NCBI RefSeq assembly: GCF_006345805.1
Contig: NW_021834777.1
Span: forward strand, 1 to 25,934
Direction: 5' to 3'
Length of the DNA stretch: 25,934 nt
From: Octopus sinensis
Lineage: Eukaryota
Part shown: positions 1 through 9,649 of the stretch, one piece after another
How positions within the stretch are numbered: position 1 is the first letter of the stretch
Layout: the number at the start of each line of letters is the position of its first letter
Translations under genes and position numbers: made by a program
Notes under the pieces: generated by a model
Database searches by the model: none
What the model was told of the DNA's origin: nothing
The model's input: the letters and a program-made list of their open reading frames with translations, nothing else

Positions 1-255
1 TATATTATATATATATATATATATATTGCTGTGTGGTGTGTTTTGTGTCTGTGTTTGTCCCCCTAGCATTGCTTGACAACCGATGCTGGTGTGTTTATGT
101 CCCCGTCACTTTGCGGTTTGGCAAAAGAGACCGATAGAATAAGTACTGGGCTTACAAAAGAATAAGTCCCGGGGTCGAGTTGCTCGATTAAAGGCGGTGC
201 TCCAGCATGGCCGCAGTCAAACGACTGAAACGAGTAAAAGAGTAAAAAAGAGTAA
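1..255 (+). mobile_element. SINE family A, 3' half (central microsatellite plus tail)
   Basis: Matches the 3' half of the full copies at 18270 and 21239 (GCTTGACAACCGATGCTGGTG...GACTGAAAC..GTAAAAGA tail). Confidence 0.85.
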
Positions 256-443
256 TACATTCGACTGATTGCATTTCGCGATTGAGTCACGTCCCGTCTA
301 CAACCACCAGTGTCATTTATAACCTGGAACAACCCATCTCGTGTTGAGGGGGGGGGGTCCGCGACAAATAAACCGCCTTCACTTCACTCAAACCGCCTTA
401 CCGGGTTATGACAGGTTGTGAACCAACAGACCAGATAAAACAT

Positions 444-824
444 GTGGAAGCCCTCCGTCGGTTGCGACGATGAGGGTTCCGGTTGATCCGAATCAACGGA
501 ATAGCCTGCTCGTGAAATTAACGTGTAAGTGGCTGAGCACTCCACAGACACGTGACCCTTAACGTAGTTCTCGGGGATATTCAGCGTGCACAGAGAGTGA
601 CAAGGCCGGCCCCTGAAATACAGGTACAACAGAAACAGGAAGTAAGAGTGAAGAGAAGTTGTGGTGAAAGAGTACAGCAGGGATCACCACCATTCCCTGC
701 CGGAGCCTCGTGGAGCTTTTTGGTGTTTTCGCTCAATAAACACTCCAACAAGCTCGGTCTGGAATACCGCGATCCTATGACCGCGAGTCCGCTGCCCTAA
801 CCAATGGGCCATTGCGCCTCCACC
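444..824 (-). mobile_element. tRNA-derived SINE family B, tail type 1
   Basis: Head GGAGGCGCAATGGCCCA.TGGTTAGGGCAGCGGACTCGCGG on the minus strand; flanked by direct repeat GATAAAACAT at 434-443 and 825-834 (TSD). Confidence 0.9.
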
Positions 825-1132
825 GATAAAACATAGCAACTTGTTAAAAGATCACAAAGCCTTCCCTGAGAAGCCCAAAACTAACCTTACCCGGACGAAA
901 AGGCCTCCAACTGGTTATCTGGTTATCTACCCTTTGAAGCAGTGGTTTTCGACCGGGGCTCATATGGCTCTTGGTGGGGGTTCATGTAAGATTTTGTGGT
1001 TAAAATTTATGAGCCATTAATTGGTTATATTTTTACTTTACATAAAATATTTAACAATCGCTTTTATGCAGTTCCTAATAATAATTAACAATAAAAAGGC
1101 GGCGAGCTGGTAGAATCGTTAGTAAAATGCTT

Positions 1133-1396
1133 GTTTGTTCCTTCTCGAGCCATCCCTGATTCATAAGGGCCGGTTTCCCGGTTTCCTTGGCGTATAGGTT
1201 CCCCACCTGGATGGGACGCCAGTCCGTCGCAGGTGAGCTGCAAGATGCAGGAGGAAAGTGGAGAGAAAGTTGTGGCGAAAGAGTCAGCAGAAGTTCGCCA
1301 TTACCTTCTGATGGAGCCGCGTGGAGCTTAGGTGTTTTTGCTCATAAACACACACATCGCCCGGTCTGAGATTCGAACCCGCGATCCCTCGACCGC
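1133..1396 (-). mobile_element. SINE family B, tail type 3, 5'-truncated
   Basis: Closely similar to 1407-1715 but lacks the A-box part of the tRNA head. Confidence 0.85.
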
Positions 1397-1406
1397 ATGT
1401 CCACTG

Positions 1407-1715
1407 TTGTTTGTTTGTTCCTTCTCGAGCTATGCCTGGCTCATAAGGGCCAGTTTCCCGGTTTCCTTGGCGTGTAGGTTCCCCACCTGGACGGGACGCC
1501 AGTCCGTCGCAGGTGAGCTGCAAGATGCAGGAGGAAAGAGTGATAGAAAGTTGTGGCGAAAGAGTCAGCAGAAGTTTCGACATTACCTCCTGATGGAGCC
1601 GCGTGGAGCTTAGGTGTTTCACTCATAAACACACACATCGCCCGGTCCGAGATTCGAACCCGCGATTCCTCGACCGCGAGTCCGCTGCTCTAACCACTAG
1701 GCCATGTGCTTCCAC
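1407..1715 (-). mobile_element. SINE family B, tail type 3, full length
   Basis: A box TGGCCTAGTGG, B box GGTTCGAATC and (CAAA)n tail on the minus strand. Confidence 0.88.
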
Positions 1716-1946
1716 AGTAAAATGCTTAGCGCCGAGTAAAATGCTTAGCAGCGTTTCCTCTGTCTTTACGTTCAGAGTTCAAATTCCACCCAGATCGACT
1801 TTACCTCACCTCCTTTCAGGGTCGGTGAAATAAGTACCTGACCAGTTGAAAACTGGGGTCGATGTAATCGACTTATCCCCTTACTCGATCTTGCTAACCC
1901 TTTGCCAAATTTTGAAATTTTAATTTAATAATAAGCATTTGATAAT

Positions 1947-2149
1947 GATTTCAAATTTCTTCTATATGAGCAGCTTGCGGGAGGGAACTAAGTCAATTAG
2001 AGCGACCCCAATGCGTAACTCGTACTTAACTAATCAACCCCGAAAGGATAAAAGGCAAAGTCGATCTCGGCAGAATCTCAACTCGGAATGTGAGAACCGC
2101 TAGGTATTTTGCCCGGCGTGCTAATGATTCTGCCAGCTCACCATCTTAT
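1947..2149 (-). mobile_element. SINE family C, diverged
   Basis: Reverse-complement similarity to the copy at 6684. 16-bp TSD ATAAGCATTTGATAAT at 1931-1946 and 2150-2165. Confidence 0.8.
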
Positions 2150-2181
2150 ATAAGCATTTGATAATATAATTTTATATTTAA

Positions 2182-2583
2182 CTAGCAGTATCGCCCGGCA
2201 TTGCTCGGGTTTGTAAGGGAAATAACTATATAAGCATTTTAGAGAGTTACTTCCCTTATATAATAGCAAAAAAATGCATTAAAAATGGAAAAAAATGATG
2301 GTAATTTTTTTTTAAATCGTAGACTCATCGTAGACATTTTTAGAGAGTTACTTCCCTTATATAATAGCAAAAAAAATGCATTAAAAATGGAAAAAAATGA
2401 TGGTAAATTTTTTTTAATCGTAGACTCATCGTAGATGCGCGCTAATACCCAGAAGGGCTCGATATGAATCACGACTATAAGATACCCGGTTTTGGTTACA
2501 CTGCACCGCAAAATGTGGGAGTAGTTAGGAATCTAAATCGTAGGAGACAGACACTCACACAACCTCACTTTTATATATAAAGA
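2182..2583 (-). mobile_element. Non-autonomous Helitron (H1)
   Basis: On the minus strand: A|TCTTTATATATAAAAG ... GC-rich subterminal hairpin (CCCGAGCAATGCCGGG) ... CTAG|T, with no TSD. Contains an internal ~105-bp unit twice. Confidence 0.85.
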
Positions 2584-2765
2584 TAATAAAAATATAATTA
2601 TCGAATGGTTATAAGGGTCTACCCGAGTAAAATAACAATCAAAGGGGTACATAGGTGAAAAATGGTTGAGAACCACCAGTTTGAAACAACACAGTATTAT
2701 GTAACTCTACGGTGTCCCTTTTTATTTTACAACAGATTTAAGATATACTCGAGGGATTTACTAAC

Positions 2766-2902
2766 TTTAACAGAATAATCTTTGGGTGTGTCTGACATCT
2801 CAACGAATTTGTTTCTCAGTTTTTGTAATTCTCGATCTTGTTGACGCAGTTTGTCTTCGTATTTCTGTGTCAGCTGCCTGCGATCATTCTCCATCTTCAG
2901 AA
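2766..2902 (-). CDS. Internal coding exon (137 bp) of the same gene, coiled-coil segment
   Basis: Strong acceptor TTTTTTTTTCCCACTTTCCAG| and donor AAA|GTTAGT. Phase 1 in matches the previous exon (T+TT=Phe). Reads (F)LKMENDRRQLTQKYEDKLRQQDRELQKLRNKFVEMSDTPKDYSVK, a heptad-like sequence. Confidence 0.88.
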
Positions 2903-2944
2903 CTGGAAAGTGGGAAAAAAAAACAGATTATAGCATTAGCTATG

Positions 2945-3650
2945 AGGTGGTGGTGGTGATGGTCGTCGTCGTCGTGGCGGTGGTGGTGGTGGTGGTGATG
3001 GTGGCGGCGGTGGTAGTTGTGGTGGTGGTCGTGGTGGTCGTGGTGGTCGTGGTGGTCGTGGTCGTGGTGGTCGTGGTCGTGGTGGTGGTCGTGGTGGTGG
3101 TCGTGGTCGTGGTGGTCGTGGTGGTCGTGGTGGTTGTGGTGGTGGTGGTGGTCGTGGTCGTGGTGGTGGTCGTGGTGGGTTGGTGGCGGTCGGGTCGGTG
3201 GTGGTGGTGGTAGTAGGTCGTGGTAATCGTAAGTATGGTTGTGGTAGTGGTGGTGGTTTTGGTGGTGGTGGCGGCGGTGGTGGTGGTGATGGTGGTGGTG
3301 TGGTGGTGGTGGTCGTCGTCGGTCGTGTAGTCGTGGTAGCGTAATTATGGTTGTGGTGGCGGTGGTGGTGGTGGTGGTGGTGGTGGTGGTGGTGGTGATT
3401 GTGGTGGTGGTGGTGGCGGTGGTGGTGGTGGTTGATGGTGGGGTGGTGGTGGTGGTGATGGTGGTGGTGGTGGTCTCGGTGGTGCGGCGGCGGCCGGCGG
3501 TGGTTGGTGGTGGTGTGGTGGCGTGGTGGTGGTGGTGGTGTGGGCGGGTGGTGGTGGTGGTGGTGGTTGTGGTGGTGATTGCTATGATGTAGGCAACTGC
3601 ATTAGTAAAGATGGTAATTGTGGTGGGTTATGGTGGTGTGTGGTGGTGAG
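2945..3650 (+). repeat. (GGT/CGT)n trinucleotide microsatellite, about 700 bp
   Basis: Directly visible; it produces the poly-V and poly-W ORFs. Confidence 0.97.
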
Positions 3651-3759
3651 GACTTGGTTGTGAGGCTGACTCTATCGGTTGTCGTAGAGATTAAGGTGAT
3701 GGACCTGGTAGAGATAGGAAATATTCAAAATCGATAAGCATATCCTTATTGATTTCAGG

Positions 3760-3928
3760 TATATATATACATATATATATATATATATAATATTATATAT
3801 ATATATATATATATATAAGTAGATCTTTATGTCGCTAGATTATACTATATATAGATGCGTGTGTGTAAGAGAGAAAGTATGTGTGTGTGTGTGTTGTGTG
3901 TGTGTGTGTTGTGTGTGTGTGTGTGTGT
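3760..3928. repeat. (TA)n and (GT)n microsatellites
   Basis: Directly visible. Confidence 0.95.
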
Positions 3929-4448
3929 ACATGAACCAATTAAGCTAATAATTTTTTTAAAATCATCACCGCAACCTGAAAGGTCATAATGTCTGCCAAT
4001 TGCGTTGTAAACGTTGTCTTTCTATCCGTGGTCTGAAAAGACACTTATCTGTACACAACGTTAATTACCATGATTCTGCATATCATTTAACTGAGAAGAG
4101 ACATCTATGTGACAGACGTAATAAAAACTGCCATTTGATCGCTGGAGTTTTTTAAAATCCTGTTTGCTTTAACAAGCAATGGTCATACTTATTAACGAGC
4201 CAACTTAATCGTAAATGTACGTCATTATTCAGTTTTATTTCAAGATTTCTTCTCAATAGAGTGGAGCTAGTTTCTAACCTGGATCCAAGGTTCCTTCATT
4301 GGAATTTCAACATCAACTGGGTACCTTTGCATGTATGTGTGTATATATACAGTATTTAGAGTCAGTGCGTGTGAAGATTTGTATGTTTCGTTTGATGTTT
4401 GTATTTTCATGGATATAGTTACTTGTCTAGACAGGCTAATTTAAATCT

Positions 4449-4830
4449 TGGAGGCGCAATGGCCCAGTGGTTAGGGCAGCGGACTCGCGGTCGTAGGATC
4501 GCGGTTTCGATTCCCAGACCGGTCGTTGTGTGTGTTTATTGAGCGAAAACACCTAAAGCTCCACGAGGCTCCGCAGGGATGGTGGTGATCCCTGCTGTAC
4601 TCTTTCACCACAACTTTCTCTCACTCTTACTTCCTGTTTCTGTTGTACCTGTATTTCAAAGGGCCGGCCTTGTCACTCTCTGTGTCACGCTGAATATCCC
4701 CGAGAACTACGTTAAGGGTACACGCGTCTGTGGAGTGCTCAGCCACTTACACGTTAATTCCACGAGCAAGCTGTTCCGTTGATCGTATCAGCTGGGACCC
4801 TCATCGTCGTAACCGACTGAGTGCTCCCCT
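4449..4830 (+). mobile_element. SINE family B, tail type 1, full length
   Basis: A box TGGCCCAGTGG and B box GTTTCGATTCC; same body as 444-824. Possible TSD ATTTAAAT at 4439-4446 and 4831-4838. Confidence 0.9.
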
Positions 4831-4831
4831 A

Positions 4832-5137
4832 TTTAAATGATAAACGTCTGAAAAGTTTTACAGATTTTTACAGTCCCCATCATGGCTTGGATCTGCAGTC
4901 TTCGAATCAGCTTTCTCCTTTCTGGTTTTGAGAGGCCTGATTTCTCAAGATTGGTATTTAGGCAGTGTTACATTTCTCAGTTCCCCAATAATTACAGATA
5001 TAAACTTGAACTTGTAACCTGGGTACAGTAACTGTAGATTTCTCAATAGTTTAGCATAGGTATTTTCTTTCTGCCGATCTTTAACTTTACGTTAACATCC
5101 GCTGGGCAGCTAATTTCCGCTACAATACACAGTTTCT
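4832..5137 (-). mobile_element. R4/Dong-like non-LTR retrotransposon 3' fragment (restriction-like endonuclease region), frameshifted
   Basis: Manual translation: KLCIVAEISCPADVNVKLKI..KENTYAKLLRNLQLLYPGYKFKFISVIIG..LIRRLQIQAMMGTVKICKTF. This is typical of the C-terminus of RLE-clade LINEs. Confidence 0.75.
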
Positions 5138-5159
5138 GTATGTATGGCTCTTCTATTTT

Positions 5160-5384
5160 TTAATTATTATAAATCTTCCACTGAGGAGGGAGATACAAAG
5201 CTCCATCTTCGGGATGTAGTAAACGCAAACAAATTGACATTTGGAACTTGAGAAAAGTCTTGCATATTGTTACCGTTCCACTCACAGATTGCACTTGTAA
5301 TGTACGAATTAGCCGGTCGATTTCTCTTTCTGAAAATCCCAATTTATCCAGATTCTCCTTTAAACGTTTACTAACAAAACCTAG
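5160..5384 (-). mobile_element. Second R4/Dong-like 3' fragment (different subfamily)
   Basis: LGFVSKRLKENLDKLGFSEREIDRLIRTLQVQSVSGTVTICKTFLKF is homologous to the C-terminus seen at 4832-4970. Confidence 0.7.
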
Positions 5385-5385
5385 G

Positions 5386-5505
5386 ATGTATGTATGTATG
5401 TATGTATGTATGTATGTATGTATGTATGTATGTATGTATGTATGTATGTATGTATGTATTATGTATGTATGTATGTATGTATGTATGTATGTATGTATGT
5501 ACGTA
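5386..5505 (+). repeat. (ATGT)n microsatellite
   Basis: Directly visible. Confidence 0.97.
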
Positions 5506-5835
5506 CATATTTATGTATGCATGCATTCATGTGTGCATATTTTACGCATGTATGTATTGAACATTTTCTAGCAGAAAATGTTTTTTAAAGCTACACATTG
5601 TTTCAGAAAAGTAACACGTTAGAAACAATGTTTGTAAAAGAATGTTAGAATGTGTAACATGAGTTATATCTGAAGAAATTGTATCAGAAGATAATGGACG
5701 GAACTGACAGAGGGAAGAGAACTACATGTTGCAAACTCGCAAAAAAGCATATACATAATGAATGCATAGAATCAGCAGATGAAATCCAAAGTAGCTCCAT
5801 ATAGTTAACAAATGAGATCGAGAGAATCTCTATAT

Positions 5836-6165
5836 GAATGTTCGTCCTTCGGGTTCGAAGATGACCATTGACATCATTTGGTGGAATTGCTGCTGTGAGA
5901 CCGGAGGTGGCTGGTGATGCCAATCCGGGCAAGAAAGCCTCTCCCACAGGTGGGGCAGAAGTGGGTAGGGGCTGTGCTATTGGTGCAGGTGGCTCTGGCT
6001 TTCCGCATCTGGCGTTTCTGTTCTGCTGACTGAATCCGTCTCTCCTCGGCTGTCTTTGCTCCTGTGGTGATTGCGCTGCGCCAGGATGAGCGGTCGGCAG
6101 CAAGTGTCTCCCAAGTCTCTGTGCCGATGGAGAAGTCTTTGAGAGAGACTTTGAGACTGTCCTTA
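5836..6165 (-). mobile_element. 5'-truncated RTE-clade LINE (ORF C-terminus plus 3' UTR)
   Basis: A frame not in the ORF track reads KDSLKVSLKDFSIGTETWETLAADRSSWRSAITTGAKTAEERRIQSAEQKRQMRKAR...CPTCGRGFLARIGITSHLRSH..* (TGA at 5876-5874, C2H2 finger). The tail ATGGTCATCTTCGAACCCGAAGGACGAAC follows. Confidence 0.88.
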
Positions 6166-6169
6166 ACAC

Positions 6170-6379
6170 TTAGTAACGCTCAAATGATTTGAATTTATAC
6201 GCTGAAATCTTTACAGAAAGTTCAGTTTGTTTATTTGCATCGTTATTTACAAATCTGCTCACCTTGATTCCTCCAACAGCCACTCTTTACCACGCGAACT
6301 TAGTCCTCGGTAATGAGTTCGAACTTAGTCCTCGGTAATGATTTCGGAGTGTAAGTTCAAATCATTTGAGTGCTACTTA
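6170..6379. repeat. Imperfect 40-bp inverted repeat (6170-6209 / 6340-6379); possible old MITE; contains a 22-bp tandem duplication
   Basis: 33 of 40 positions are complementary without gaps by manual count. CGAACTTAGTCCTCGGTAATGA occurs twice inside. Confidence 0.75.
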
Positions 6380-6683
6380 TGAACGTATGTTTCTGTGTGA
6401 GTGTATCTGTACGTGTGCGTGTACGTTTATGTGTGTTTGTGTCTGCATGTGTGTGTATATCTGTCTGTCTGTAGATATGTGCGTGTATGTGCTTCTGTGC
6501 GTGAATGCGTCAGTATGCGTGCATGAATGAAACGAATTACCTTTTTCCCGACATCGTTGTAATGGTGACAACTTGGGTTTCGGTTCGTCGGATGCTCTTC
6601 TAACCCCTGGGAGTAAAATATTGATATTTGTCAACAAAATAGAAGAGGCATTACACTATATATTAATTGCACTATGTATTAAA

Positions 6684-6915
6684 AAGGCGGCGAGCTGGCA
6701 GAAACGTTAGCGCGCCAGGCGAAATGCTTAGCGGTATTTCGCCCGTCGCTACGTTCTGAGTTTAAATTCCGCCGAGGTCGACTTTGCCTTTCATCCTTTC
6801 GGGCTCGATAAATTAAGTACCAGTTTCGCACTGGGGTCGAGGTAATCGACTTAATCCCTTTGTCTGTCCTTGTTTGTCCCCTCTATGTTTAGCCCCTTGT
6901 GGGTAGTAAAGAAAT
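6684..6915 (+). mobile_element. SINE family C, full length
   Basis: AAGGCGGCGAGCTGGCAGAAACG...GTTTAAATTCC (B-box-like)...GCCTTTCATCCTTTCGGG.TCGATAAATTAAGTACCAG core. Confidence 0.88.
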
Positions 6916-6974
6916 ATATATATTAATTGCTGGTCTTTACGACGTTTTATATCTGGATACGTATATGTAAACAG

Positions 6975-7500
6975 TGGAGGTGCAATGGCCCAGTAGTTAG
7001 GGCAGCGGACTCGCGGTCGTAGGATCGCGGTTTCGATTCCCAGACCGGGCGTTTTGAGTGTTTATCCCTTTAGTGTTCACATTATTCTGCCAAAATTAAT
7101 CCTTTTTATCCACATTGTTTTGAACTAATCATTCATTAATCTTGTAGCTATGAGATTTTGATGAGGTAATTAATTTTTAAAATGATATTGTAGGGTTGGT
7201 GTGAGAGACCAGATCTGACCAGTTTGAACATAAAACAGGCAGAATACTTTTGGCCGGATAAGGCCGGTTTAAATGCTAAAAGGCTATTGAGCGAAAACAC
7301 CTAAAGCTCCACGAGGCTCCGGCAGGGGTGGGGGGTGATCCCTGCTGTACTCTTTCGCCACAACTTTCTCTCACTCTTTCTTCTGTTGGCCTGCTCGCTT
7401 AGCCAGCGAGGTGGCGTCGTTGGAGGCTAAAACAATGCGAAGCGCATTGTGACCAGCGATGTGTTGCAACATCTGATAGCCTGGTCGGTCACGTGATCAC
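6975..7500 (+). mobile_element. SINE family B, tail type 2, interrupted at 7066-7283
   Basis: Colinear with the copy at 7768-8075 once the insert is removed. Confidence 0.88.
7066..7283. mobile_element. piggyBac-like MITE
   Basis: Ends CCCTTTAGTGTT / AATGCTAAAAGG are imperfect inverted repeats. Flanked by TTAT / CTAT, where uninterrupted SINE copies have a single TTAT. Confidence 0.65.
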
Positions 7501-7765
7501 ATCATATATACTTATATACATCATATATACATATATACATCATATATATCATATATACATATATACATCATATATATCATATATACATATATACATCATA
7601 TATATCATATATACATATATACATCATATATATCATATATATCATATATATCATATATACATCATATATACATCATGTATATCATATATACATATATACA
7701 TCATATATATCATATATACATCATATATACATCATGTATATCATATATACATATATACATCATAT
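7501..7765 (+). repeat. Compound (CATCATATATA/CATATATA)n minisatellite
   Basis: Directly visible between two family B SINEs. Confidence 0.9.
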
Positions 7766-7767
7766 GT

Positions 7768-8075
7768 GGAGGCGCAATGGCCCAGTGGTTAGGGCAGCGG
7801 ACTCGCGGTCGTAGGATCGCGGTTTCGATTCCCAGACCGGGCGTTGTGAGTGTTTATTGAGCGAAAACACCTAAAAGCTCCACGAGGATCCGGCAGGGGG
7901 TGGTGGCGATCCCTGCTGTACTCTTTCACCACAACTTTCTCTCACTCTTTCTTCTGTTGGCCTGCTCGCTTAGCCAGCGGGGTGGCGTCATTGGAGGCTA
8001 AAACAATGCGAAGCGCATTGTGACCAGCGATGTGCAGCAACATCTGATGGCCTGGTCGGTCACGTGGTCACGTGA
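7768..8075 (+). mobile_element. SINE family B, tail type 2, full length
   Basis: tRNA head with A and B boxes; tail ends in GTCACGTG(G/A)TCACGTGAT repeats. Confidence 0.9.
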
Positions 8076-8202
8076 TATGTAAACAATGCGATCGAAGAGA
8101 GAGAAATAGGTAATGGCTGTATATGCAGCTTTCAGGATTTCTTGTTCCTTCTTCAGCATCACATCACAAACAAGCATTAACCATCCACTGACACATTGCC
8201 TC

Positions 8203-8327
8203 TGGAGGCGCGTGGCTCAGTGGTTAGGCTGTCAGCATCATGATCGTAAGGTTGTGGTTTCGATTCCTGGACCGGGCGACGCATTGTGTTCTTGAGCAAA
8301 ACACTTCATTTCGGCGCATTTATTATT
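8203..8327 (+). mobile_element. SINE family D, internally deleted
   Basis: Head matches the copy at 15925-16176 and is joined directly to its terminal GGCGCATTTATT. Confidence 0.75.
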
Positions 8328-8421
8328 ACATATATATATATATAATAAATATTAGGGAATGAATCCAAAATTACAGGGAAAAATCAGATTTAGGGTTAAA
8401 TCCAATTTTATAGTAAAATAT

Positions 8422-8641
8422 TATATAATATAATTCGAGACAAAACCACTATTTTAAAACCAAACAAGAAAAGACTTAATCAATACATAAAATTTTAATA
8501 TAAATTAAATAAATAAAATAAATAAATTAAATAAATAAATAAAATGAATAAATTAAATAAATTAAATAAATTTTATGTATTGATTAAGTTTTTTCTTGTT
8601 TGGTTTTAAAATAGTGGTTTTGTCTCGAATTATATTATATA
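8422..8641. repeat. Near-perfect 74-bp inverted repeat with a (TAAA)n spacer
   Basis: 8422-8495 versus 8568-8641, one mismatch by manual comparison. Confidence 0.9.
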
Positions 8642-8747
8642 TATATATTATATATATATATATACTTGAGTATGTGTGCGCGTGTGTGTGTGTCCATCGC
8701 TTGACAACCGTAACTTAGCGGTTCGGCAAAAGCGACCGACAGAATAT

Positions 8748-8784
8748 GGATAGATGGATAGATAGATAGATGGATAGATGGATG

Positions 8785-8832
<48 letters not shown>

Positions 8833-8888
8833 TAGATGATGGATGGATGGATGGATGGATGGATAGTTAGATAGATAGATAGATAGAC

Positions 8889-8956
<68 letters not shown>

Positions 8957-8978
8957 GATGGATGGATGGATGGATAGT

Positions 8979-9045
<67 letters not shown>
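8748..9045 (+). repeat. (GATA/GGAT)n microsatellite
   Basis: Directly visible. Confidence 0.97.
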
Positions 9046-9046
<1 letters not shown>

Positions 9047-9431
9047 ACAAAGCCGAATAAATGTATATCAAATAAAATACAGAATACAATCTTGATTTAC
9101 TGAAATAATCTTCACGTATGGACAAAATTAGTAATTACGATCAACTCCAAAGGAGAAGGGGAGATAATTTTATGAATCAAAAACTCTCCAAAACCGACAT
9201 GCCATTGAGGGAACAGACCGTCTGACTGAAGGCAAGAGGACAGCTGTGGACACCTTATTTCTACTTCAGTTGGCGCCATCAGAACAGCATACGGTCCTAC
9301 CTTAAATCCAGTAGAGGAAACAGACGTAAACAAAACAACAACAAAAAGAGTAGAACACATACACGGATGGATGAGGGTAATTTACAGAATTTAAACAAAA
9401 ATGAGCACGAATAAGTCATTTCTATTAATTA

Positions 9432-9649
9432 TTAGCAGTATCGCCCGGCGTTGCTCGGGTTTGTAAGGGAAATAACTATATAAGCATTTTTATAGAGTTA
9501 CTTCCCTTATATAATAGCAAAAGCTCGATATGAATCACGATTATAAGATACCCGGTTTTGGTTAAGCTGCACCGCAGAATGTGGGAGTAGTTAGGAATCT
9601 AAATCGTAGGAGACAGACACTCACACAACTTCTCTTTTATATATAAAGA
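9432..9649 (-). mobile_element. Non-autonomous Helitron (H2), internally deleted
   Basis: Same termini as H1; the 3' end reads CTAA on the minus strand. Confidence 0.8.

Larger units (their letters stand above)
1096..1918 (+). mobile_element. SINE family C, interrupted at 1133-1715
   Basis: AAGGCGGCGAGCTGGTAGAATCGTTAG at 1096 continues after 1716 with GTTCAAATTCC...GGGGTCGATGTAATCGAC, as in the intact copy at 6684. Confidence 0.8.
940..2678. mobile_element. hAT (Charlie/MER5-like) MITE split by nested insertions
   Basis: Ends CAGTGGTTTTCGACC (940) and GGTTGAGAACCACCA (2678) are imperfect inverted repeats. Degenerate 8-bp flanks CTTTGAAG / GTTTGAAA. Confidence 0.6.

Noticed and set aside
2234-2435. 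~105-bp direct repeats resembling an array or CRISPR
   Set aside because: Internal tandem units of the Helitron with no unique spacers, in a eukaryotic context.
2851-3592. Poly-V and poly-W ORFs
   Set aside because: Translations of the GGT microsatellite.
4449-4525. tRNA genes at SINE heads
   Set aside because: A and B boxes are present, but each continues into a SINE body and lacks a proper acceptor stem; these are tRNA-derived heads.
5684-6172. 161-aa ORF directly in frame after the TAA of the cryptic exon, suggesting stop read-through or UAA-to-UGG editing
   Set aside because: The same DNA in another frame is a recognisable RTE LINE C-terminus with a C2H2 finger, so this ORF is best explained as a shadow frame.
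9112-9360. 82-aa minus-strand ORF as an extra exon
   Set aside because: No convincing acceptor/donor pair, and the neighbouring exons already join in phase without it.
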